Source: Haliotis rubra
Taxonomy: Eukaryota
Direction of reading: 5' to 3'
Assembly (NCBI RefSeq): GCF_003918875.1
Contig: NW_025764893.1
Span: 186,001-250,000 of the forward strand
DNA length: 64,000 bases
The notes below the pieces were generated by a model, which was given only the letters and a program-made list of their open reading frames with translations, was not told the origin of the DNA and searched no databases. The position numbers and the translations under genes are program-made. Of the stretch, positions 11,201 through 21,100 are shown piece after piece. How positions within the stretch are numbered: position 1 is the stretch's first letter; every line of letters starts with the position of its first letter.

Positions 11201-14200
11201 TACATGTATCTTAATTGGGGTGTGTGTGTGTGTGGAATGCTTCTCCAAAATGTTTTCTTTTTTATTGTATAAATCGTTTTCGTCACGATATGGCTGAGAT
11301 ATTGCCGATGTGACGTTCAATATTAACTCACTCACTCACTGATGTAGTCTATATGGCGGCCATTTCTCACTCACTGATGTAGTCTATATGGCGGCCATTA
11401 CTCACTCACTGATGTAGTGTATATGGCGGCCATTACTCACCCACTAGTCTATATGGCGGCCATTACTCACTCACTGATGTAGTCTATATGGCGGCCATTA
11501 CTCACTCACTGATGTAGTCTATATGGCGGCCATTACTCACTCATTGATGTAGTCTATATGGCGGCCATTACTCACTCACTGATGTTGTCTATATGGCGGC
11601 CATTACTCACTCACTGATGTAGTCTATATGGCTTGAAAAATGGCCGCCATTTAGACTACATCAGTGAGTGAGTGAGTTAATATTGAACGTCACATCGGCA
11701 ATATCTCAGCCATATCGTGACGAAAACGATTTATACAATAAAAAAGAAAACATTTTGGAGAGTAAAACCTGTCGACGATGGACAGTAAAAATACTAGAGT
11801 ATCACAGATATGAACATAAAATTAGCATGTAAAACTAAAAGATTTTAATAAAAGAAGACAATACAATATAAAACACGGGCTATAAATCGCCAACGACTGA
11901 AGGTAGATCACCATACTAAGAACCATGGGGACTTACATTACTTTTGCTACCTGCATGGACCCTAGCTGGATTTACACCATCTCTTCAGCCGCTGGCGATG
12001 GTAGGAAGATTTAGCCGAAATTAAAATCACAAAAATACTACGATTAAAAAGTATGGTTGAGCGAAATTGACTTTGAAAGTGTTTGGGACTCACGTACCCT
12101 CTCAGGAGGACAATAATTTTACAATACTTTAACCCCCCTTCGAGCATACAGCCACTAACAATCGCAGTTGCCAATTCATACTACCATGATTAAAATACCA
12201 TTTATCTATTTACAACACATATTATTCAAACTTTATGCAATAATTCTATTTCCTTTAAAATTTCAATTAATAAATGATAATTAACATTATGAAAAAGATC
12301 CTTAATTGTTTTGACATGAAAAAAATACTTATCCCTTGTGATGGAAAATTCAATGCAGGGCATGCTTGACTGTGATTCTCTCATCACAAGGGATAGAAAA
12401 CGGATGATCTTCACCTTTGAGCAAATCTATGTGTATCTGGTTTCACAGCTTCACGGCCTGTGACAGTGTGTCATCCTTTGATAGAATTGAAAAGAAGACC
12501 TCGTGGAATGCATCGAACGCTTTTCCTGAACTTACAGGCACTTTTATTTCCCTCGCTTGTCCACCACTTGAAATCACTCATGCACAGAATCATCAGCTTG
12601 AGAGATCTGTTGTGCTGCTGTATGACAGAGCAAGCAAACTCATGAAAGTGAATGAAGTAAGAAATCATTTGTTCGACACGAAGGGGAGAACACTGGACAA
12701 TATTCCCCCAACAGCATCAGCTTTGAACCAACATAACTTTGGACAACTCTCCTGAAGGCATGAAAGAGCTGCCAGGAATTGCTGAAATGCATGTGTAAAA
12801 ATGTTCAAACTGGTCCTAGTGTGTAACCTTCCACAGATTGATGAGATAGCTACTTTGATATTGATGTTGAAATGAAACATGTTTGTGTTGATATTGATAT
12901 GTCTTTTTTTCTAAGTGATCTATAGCCAACCTAGCTCATATATTATACATGTAAGTAAATCTAATGATATATTCCTTCAAATAAACTTCCATCCAATCTC
13001 ACAATATACTAGATACATAATTTATGAGGATTTAAAATTGAGTTAAAATAACATTTACCCACTTAATCTTTCAGGCATCATTGGCAAGAAGCACGTTGGG
13101 CCTGATGATGTGTACAAGTTTGACTATGAGCAGACAGAAGAGAACAACGTCATGAATCAGGTTGGAAGGAACATCACCTACATGAAGAACTATGTCCGTG
13201 AATTCCTCAATGTTCAGGACACTAGGTAATGAGGGGGAATAGGATATTGTATCGAGATTTCTGGGAGAGTGATGTGTGGCAAGGGGACCTGCGTGCGCGT
13301 GTGCGTGCGTGCGTGCGTGCGTGTGTGCGTGTGTGTTATTTGTTTTGTTCAGGTTGTAACAGTAAATCAATTTGTTCGCTGGACATTGAACATTGCCTGA
13401 ATACAAACACATGCACATGTACACATTGGCCCAATCTTCCTTCTGGGTGTGGCCCGTGAAGATCCGGGGTAGAATAGGTCTTCAGCAACCCATGCTTGCC
13501 ACAAAAGGCGACTATGTTTGTCGTAAGAGGCGACTAACGGGATCGGGTGGTCAGGCTCGCTGACTTGGTTGACACATGTCATCGGTTCCCAATTGCGCAG
13601 ATCGATGCTCATGCTGTTGATCACTGGATTGTCTGGTCCAGACTCGATTATTTACAGACCGCCGCCATATAGCTGGAATATTGCTGAGTGCGGCGTAAAA
13701 CTAAACTCACTCACTCACTCACTCCTTCTGGGTGTTTTGAAGCAGCGACTAACACTATTCAACCTCAATAATACCCTTTTCAGCAACAAACAGATATGTG
13801 TGACCGATCTTTTTCAAGAGAGCAAGATACTCCCAGGTCACAGACCGAAGCGAGGAGATTAGCATGTGCCCATCACGCTTCTAAAAGAACGGCCCGGGAA
13901 GAAGGCCTAAAATATTTTGGGAAGCAAACCAGGGTGCTTGTTTGTTTGTTTGTTCGTTTATGGCTTAACGCCGCACTCAAAAATATTCCATCAATGGCAG
14001 CCGTCTGTACGACTAACGGTATCGGGTGGTCAGACTCGCTGACTTGGTTAACACATGTCATCGTATTGATATCCCAACTGCGTAGATCGATGCTCATGAT
14101 GTCAATCACCGGATAGTCTGGCCCAGACTCGATTATATACAGATCGCAGTCATGTAGGTGGAACATTCTGAGTGAGGCGTTTAGCAACAAACAAACAAAA

Positions 14201-17037
14201 CGATATTATGCTTCTTCAGGCCATTCTTCCTCTATCTGGCTTATCACGACCCTCATCGTTCTACAAATCCAAATCTCGGGCAGTTCTGTGAGCGCTTCGG
14301 CGACGGCCAAGCAGGCCACGGAGTCATCCCTGACTGGAAGCCGGTGACCTACAGACCTGAAGATGTCGAGGTCCCCTACTACCTGCCGGACACTCCGGCC
14401 ACCCGCCAGGACCTCGCCAACATGTATAAAACCTACAGTAGGATGGACCAAGGTGACGTGTAGCTGACTGAAGCTTGTGTGTTCTGTAGAGGTGCTTTGT
14501 TGCTCGACGTAGGTTTGTTCCACGTTTGTTTTAGCGCCACGATTACCATGACACCTTTGCTCTAACATAGACTTGAGAATTGTTATAGTCCGTTTGATTT
14601 CATTTTAGACCCACGAATTGCTCACTAACACAAAATCTAATAATTGCAACAAAACCAAATTTTGCACAGTCGCATGAAATCGACAGACCAACTCTGATGA
14701 TTTATCTCATAATTATTGACGCCCGAATAAAAAAGTTTAACAAACGAGCACTATTTCGTTGTCACTTTTCTCTATTTCTTACGAGGGATGACCACTTGCT
14801 GCTAGAACAGCCAGGTAATCAACAAGCGTGTGCAGTGAAATTTCAATTTCACACGTACAACTCGCACACCTGGCTGTTCTACCAGTAAGTGGTCCTCCCT
14901 CGTCAGAAAAAGCGAAAAGTGACAACAAAATCATGATCGTTCTTTAAACAACGTTTCCATTCGGGTGTCCATAATTATGAGACAAATCATCTGAGTTGGT
15001 TTGTCGATTTCATGTGACTGTGCAAAATTTGGTTTTGTTGCAATTATTAGATTTTGTGCTAGTGAGCAATTTACCGGTCTAAAATGAAGTCAAACGGACT
15101 ATAGGGTTGGCTGGAATGAGCGAGTTTAGTTTTACGCCGCTCTCAGTTCTATTCCAGCTATAAGGCGGCATCCTGTAAATAATCGAGTCTGGACCAGACA
15201 ATTTAGTGATAAACGGCATGAGCATCGATCTGCGCAATTGGGATACGATGACATGTCAAAGTGGTCAGCAAGGCTGACCACCTGGACCATTTTGATACAT
15301 GTCATCGTATTCCAGTTGTGGAGATCGATGGTAATGATGTTGATCTCTGGATTGTCTGGTCCAGACTCGATTATTTACAGACTGTCGCCATATAGCTGGA
15401 ATAGCACTGAGAGCGGCGTTAAACAACAAACAAAGTGGTAGCGGCTTCAAAGTAGCTTGCGCAACAGAGGCAGGGGACCAGTCTTATGATGCAAAAAAAG
15501 GCAACAACAAAACTGTTCATGGACGAAATTCTTTCGCAAGACACATACTTTTACAAATACCAACCAAACTCTCTAAGAAAGAGATGATCTTGTGCAACGT
15601 TTTCCATGATTGTATTTCTCAATTGAGTAACAATGTTCACTCGAGGTGTAAGGGTCACATAAATGTACATTATTTTGTGTATATAGGGTTGGGCATATTC
15701 CTCAAGGAGCTTGAAGACGCAGGTTTCATCGACAACACCCTCATCCTCTTCTCCTCCGACAACGGCATCCCTTTCCCGGGAGCCAAGACCAATCTGTATG
15801 ACCCAGGGATGGGGGAACCGATGATGGTGTCTTCACCGCTCCATAAAGAACATTGGGGAAAGGTACATGGAAACGATAGCAACATTTTTGCCATGCCATC
15901 ATAAGGATTTTTGATTATATCCCCCGTTTGTTTCAGGATTAGATAAGATCCATAAGGTGTCGAGTTGTTACGTTTTGTGAAAAGATGTGCCCTAATCCTC
16001 AACCCATTAACGTGAGTGAGTGAGTATGGCTTTTGCGCCGCTTTTAACAATATTCCAGCAACATCACGGCGGGGGACACCAGAATTGGGCTTCACACATC
16101 ATTAACGTGTTTATGGATTTCACTAAATTGCTCAACCTTCACGGCCTCTAGCACAATGGGCTTTCTCCCAACCCGTATCGAATGTTGGATACGAGCAAAC
16201 TACTTTTTCAAATGTTAACATCAGACTCGGTTGATGTCAGCCAGGAAACAATCATCAAATCTTCTCCATTTGTAATAGATCGATTTATGTTTTACTCAAA
16301 CATTTCTCGGGAACATATTATCAGAGAGATCACTGCTGTTTTTGCAAAGCAAAACGTCTCACTCCCGTCAAAGGCACATTTATAACCTTGGGTTAAATGG
16401 ATCTGTACGTAAATGGGTACATGACTTTGTGCAGGTCACGGAGGCAATGGGGAGTACGATGGACTTCGCGCCCACCGTCCTGGACTGGTTCAACGTCACC
16501 TACCCCAAATACGCCATCGACGGCAAGCAGGACGTGACGCTCACAGGGAAGTCCCTTCTCCCTGTGGCCGCGAACCCAGACACGAGCCAACCCGAGTACT
16601 CCTTTGTCTATTCCAGCCACGACATGCACGAAGTCACGATGTTTTATCCAATGAGAGTCCTCCGTACAAACCAGTACAAATTAATCCACAATTTGAACAG
16701 CCATGCTCCATATCCATTGGCTGGAGACATCTACCAATCACCGACCTTCTTGGATCTTCTAAACCGTACCCACAACAACGTTGAAACCCATTGGTTCAAA
16801 CCGCTGAACACTTACTATTACCGCGACCAATGGGAACTGTACGACCACCAGGCGGATCCAATGGAGTTACGTAACTTGGCTAACGTGTCAGAATACCAGT
16901 CAGTGCTAACAAGCATGAAAAAGCAATTGTTTGGATGGCAGACGGTAACCAGCGACCCCTGGCGGTGTTACCCAGCAGGTGTTCTACAAGGAGACAGTTG
17001 TGGTCCGCTGTATAACGGGGAGTCTCCTTCTGTGTAA
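8209..17037 (+). CDS. SGSH: N-sulfoglucosamine sulfohydrolase (sulfamidase)-like sulfatase, copy 1, ~507 aa; exons 8209-8302, 9048-9180, 10514-10647, 13075-13225, 14220-14452, 15687-15862, 16435-17037
   Basis: Signal peptide [21 protein letters not shown]; metal-binding GDD; formylglycine motif CSPSR; [14 protein letters not shown]; [10 protein letters not shown]; DPHR; SDNGIPFP; [10 protein letters not shown]. All junctions are GT-AG and the frame is continuous. Confidence 0.93.
8545..8815 (+). repeat. Degenerate (GTA/GCA)n microsatellite in SGSH intron 1; homologous tracts at ~18561-18590 and 19089-19525
   Basis: Visible trinucleotide periodicity. Confidence 0.85.
8837..9001 (-). mobile_element. 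Family A tRNA-SINE in SGSH copy 1 intron 1, absent from copy 2
   Basis: Full-length reverse copy flanked by TACAACATA-like repeats. Copy 2 has the empty site at ~19537-19548. Confidence 0.85.
11242..11761. repeat. Fold-back structure: ~125-bp inverted arms enclosing ~9 tandem 35-bp units
   Basis: 11242-11365 is the reverse complement of ~11637-11761. Unit CTCACTCACTGATGTAGTCTATATGGCGGCCATTA runs 11331-11632. Confidence 0.92.
11663..12360 (-). mobile_element. 5'-truncated I/Nimb-group LINE (ORF2 C-terminus, 3' UTR, (ACTC)n tail)
   Basis: Minus-strand peptide [43 protein letters not shown] (stop at 12226) resembles I-group ORF2 ends. The UTR ends in a stem-loop plus ACTC repeats. Confidence 0.72.
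12417..12810 (+). mobile_element. Degenerate Academ (AcademX) DNA transposon fragment: XPG/H3TH nuclease region and start of Cys-rich finger
   Basis: [13 protein letters not shown]...[12 protein letters not shown]...VNEVRNHLF...[14 protein letters not shown], then [12 protein letters not shown] in another frame. Confidence 0.65.
13451..13724 (+). mobile_element. Family B non-autonomous retroelement (~250-270 bp, no tRNA head), full length with TSD; representative of ~18 copies
   Basis: TSD CTTCTGGGTGT on both sides; SGSH copy 2 has the empty site at ~23476. Other copies at about 4965-5069, 5346-5522, 9745-9980(-), 20305-20535(-), 23747-23940, 24329-24530, 31285-31520, 38345-38580, 49940-50152(-), 51201-51387(-), 51780-51994(-), 58975-59200. 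Confidence 0.88.
14584..15103. mobile_element. Fold-back MITE with ~230-bp inverted arms (TATAGTCCGTTTG...CAAACGGACTATA), only in SGSH copy 1 intron 5
   Basis: Arms are reverse complements around a ~50-bp spacer. The same termini occur at 28053-28920. Confidence 0.85.
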
Positions 17038-18199
17038 AGACGATTAAACCGTGATGACAAATAATACCAAAATTTACGTTTAATTCCCTTATGCATGTAC
17101 TTTAATATTTATGTATTAAATAATATATATTGGTTATTTTTTAATTTATATATGTAATGCTGCATTTTCTTTTCATGTATTTGTCAATTTGTTTTCGGTT
17201 TCGTAATTGGCGTGTATTATGACGTTATCCCCGCTTGTTTGGGCCAGCTTCATGTTGAAGTAAGAAAACCATTGGATAAGATATCATAGCAAACGTTAGG
17301 TTCACACCACACGTATTCCATATTGTGACAATTGTTAGAACAGTATATTACCAGTTACTTAAGTGAGTGAGTCTGGTTTTACGCCGCTTTTAGCAATATT
17401 CCAACAATATCACGGCGGTGGACACCAGAAATATTCTTCACACATTGTACCCATAGGGGAATCGACTTCAGTTTGACGAGCGGATGCTTTAACCACTCGG
17501 CTACCCCACCGCCCAACCAGTAACTTAAGTATATATTTCAGATTGTGAAACATACTGGATATAATGTAAATATTTGTAACAGAAGTATTTCTTCTTGTGG
17601 AAATTTCCGGAATAACATAAAAAAAAATAAAAAAAATATCAAGTTTGTTGTATTGTGGAATTGTTACAATAGTGTAACAATGAACTGTAACTGAACTATT
17701 TCGGATTTTTAAGGTTCATTGAGGTCGGGCGTCTATACTCAATATGTTGCCATGGAGGTCCAGCGTGTATATAGTCCCGGCTTCTATAGAAGGCATTGGA
17801 TGTACTGTCATGGAGGTCAAGCGTTACTTGGAAGAGCCGCGTCTATTTGTGAGTGAGTGAGTGAGTATGGTTTAACGCCACTTTTAGCAATATTCCAGCA
17901 ATATCACGGCGGGGGTCACCAGAATTGGGTTTCACACATTGTACCCGGTTCATCGAACCCGGTTCTTCGGCGTGACGAGCGAACGCTTTCACCACTAGGC
18001 TACCCCACCGCCCCACCTCGTCTATTAGAAGAAGTAGGGTATATGATTGATATATTGTTATCAACCAAGAGACCTTGACAAAACATGCCATATCCTTCAT
18101 CATGTGACCCACATTCAAACTGATAGACAGTGGTATGCTGATCAATACGCCTCCTGTAGATAACACGCGTGTCTAGATCACCACAATATGCACAGCACC

Positions 18200-21100
18200 A
18201 TGGAGATGAAGGTGGCAGTATTTTGTCTCAGCGTTGTGCTGATCGCTGGCCACGTCAGTGCACAGACACGTCGCAATGTACTTCTTGTATATGGTGAGTA
18301 TCGTGTAATGAGGTTTATATTGACAGTAAACATGTGATTTCGGTCGACCAGCGGATCCTGGCACGATACGCAATTTGGGACACTGATTTGCCATGCCCTT
18401 GGTCCTTTGAACACCATCATTTTCATAGTATATATAGTTCATATTCCCTCTTTTGTCTTGATGGTGGTGGTGATGATGATGATAATGATGATGATGGTGT
18501 TAAACGCAGAGCACTAAGACCAGTATCTTAATTATATCAGTGTGTCAGGGGGTGAGACTGAGTAGTAGCAGTAGAAGTAGTAGTAGTAGTAAGTGAGGTG
18601 AGGTGAAATTGGGTTTAACGTCGTGCTTGAGAATATTTCGCTCATATGACGACGTGCATGCGTGTGTATCTGTATGTGCGGCTGCTTGTACTAGCCCAGA
18701 CTGAAGCTGGTTTTATAGTGCTAGCCCACTGAGATACCATGCCGCAGTGAAGCATGAATACCCCACTCAGACACATTATACTGACTCCGAGCCGACCAGT
18801 CCTTGATGTACACATTAATGTCGAGCTCCAGGCAGGGACCAACAAGTACCATATGTTAACGTCTTTTGGTATGACGCGGTCGGGGATCGAATCCGCGACC
18901 TTCCGCTCTCCAGGCGGACGCTCTTACCACTACACCNNNNNNNNNNNNNNNNNNNNNNNNNNNNNNNNNNNNNNNNNNNNNNNNNNNNNNNNNNNNNNNN
19001 NNNNNNNNNNNNNNNNNNNNNNNNNNNNNNNNNNNNNNNNNNNNNNNNNNNNNNNNNNNNNNNNNNNNNNNNNNNNNNNNNNNNNNNNGTAGTAGCAGCA
19101 GCAGAATTAGTAGTAATAGCAACAGTAGCAGTAACAGTTGTAGCAGACTAACAACTAGTATTTTACTGAATAAAGTTCATAGTGAAAACAATAATATATA
19201 TAATGAAAATGAGCCCTGAGACTTTCTTCATTTTCATTTCTGAGGCTGAGGAAATCTAGACTTGCCAAATTTTCTAGAATTGCGTGGGCTTTCTTGGATA
19301 TATTTGCTTCAGGGTCTGTACGACAGACTACAGTTGTAGTAGACGAAGCTACAGTCGCATCAGTGGTAGCAGTAGAAGCAGTTGCAGCAGCAATAATAAT
19401 ATTACTAGTAGTTATAACATCAGCATTAGTATTAGCAGTCGTAATTGTAGCAGTAGATGCAGCACCAGTAGTGGTAGTCGCAGAAGCAACAGTAGTAGTC
19501 GCAGCAGTAGTCGTAGTGGTAGTGGGAGGAGAAGATACAACATACAAACTGTAGTAAGGCTACCTGCAGGTGACGATGCCGGGTTCCAGATGGGCGCCTA
19601 CAACAACACGGCCTGCAAGACGCCAAACTTCGACAAGCTGGCCGCCAGGAGCGTCGTATTCAAACATGGCTACACCTCCGTCAGTAGCTGCTCGCCCAGC
19701 AGGTGAACACAAGTTTTCTTCCCTACAGTCACAGCTGTTACAATGTGCAAGTGTCCTTCGGTGTAGATGTGTAAATCGTCAATGTTCAGACGCGTGCATT
19801 TAAGGACGCCGTCATACTGAGGAATAGTGAGTGAGTCTGGTTTTACGTCGCTTTTAGCAATATTCCAGCAATATCACGGCGGGTGACACCAGAAATTGGC
19901 TTCAGACATTGTACCCATGTGGGGAATCGAACCCAGGTCTTCAGCGTGACGAGCGAACGCTTTAATCATTAGGCTACCCCACTGCCACCATACAGATGAA
20001 TACTGCTGTGAGTGGCGTTATATACAGAGAAATCGAAAATTTATTTTAAAACGTAACCTTGATTTGTCTTCAAATTTGTGTACATTTCGGCCAGTAATGT
20101 GTTCGCATGTCTTTGGTTGCCTCGGAAGTAATCTGGACGAGGCTCATTGATACGGTCGTGTCAACATTAACCATTGGTCAATAATTAATTAATTAATATA
20201 TATTAATAATATGTGTCCTTTGCAGGATGTAGGGAAGTGACCTGAAGGTGTGTTACGTCATTTTCACTTTTATTGCACGTGTATGCGTGTGCGTGAGTTG
20301 GCGCGTTTGTTTTGTTTGTTTGTTGTTTAACGCAGCAATATTCCAGCTATATGACGGCGGTCTGTAAATAATCGAGTCTGAACCAGACAATCCAGTGATC
20401 AACACCATGAGCATCGACCTACGCAATTGGGATGCGATGACATGTGTCAACCAAGTCAGCGAGCCTGACCACCCGAGCCCCTTAGTCACCTCAAGCATCG
20501 GGTGCTGAAGATTAATTCGAACCCGGATCTTCACAAGTCGTTATATTAGTCCGAAATAATACTGCTTTGCTGCGCGGGCTCACTTACATTCCATGAAACG
20601 GCTTTACACGTTTAAACCGCAATTAAATGTATGGGGTCATCCATACACTAACCCCAGGTGGAGTTTAGGCTACCATTATTACTACTCCGTTGGGACGACT
20701 GAAAGAGGTGAGGTGAAATTGGGTTTAACGTCGTGCTTGAGAATATTTCGCTCATATGACGACGTGCATGCGTGTGTATGTGTATGTGCGGCTGCTTGTA
20801 CTAGCCCAGACTGAAGCTGGTTTTATAGTGCTAGCCCACTGAGATACCATGCCGCAGTGAAGCATGAATATCCCACTCACACACATTATACTGACTCCGA
20901 GCCGACCAGTCCTTGTCGTACCCATTAATGCCGAGCGCCAGGCAGGGACCAACAAGTACCATATTTTAACGTCTTTTGGTATGACGCGGTCGGGGATCGA
21001 ACCCGCGACCTTCCGCTCTTTGGGCGGACGCTCTAACCACTACACCACGGAGGCGGTCGACGACTGAAATGAGTGAGTGAGTTGGGTTTTACGCCGCCTT

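Noticed and set aside
11331-11632. 35-bp repeats resembling a CRISPR array
   Set aside because: Units are contiguous with no unique spacers; eukaryotic context; no cas genes.
13569-13862. Recurrent short ORFs with [30 protein letters not shown]
   Set aside because: Chance translation of family B; frames and starts vary between copies.
20985-21058. tRNA gene
   Set aside because: The tRNA-like sequence continues into a SINE body and tail with TSD. The same applies to family A heads.
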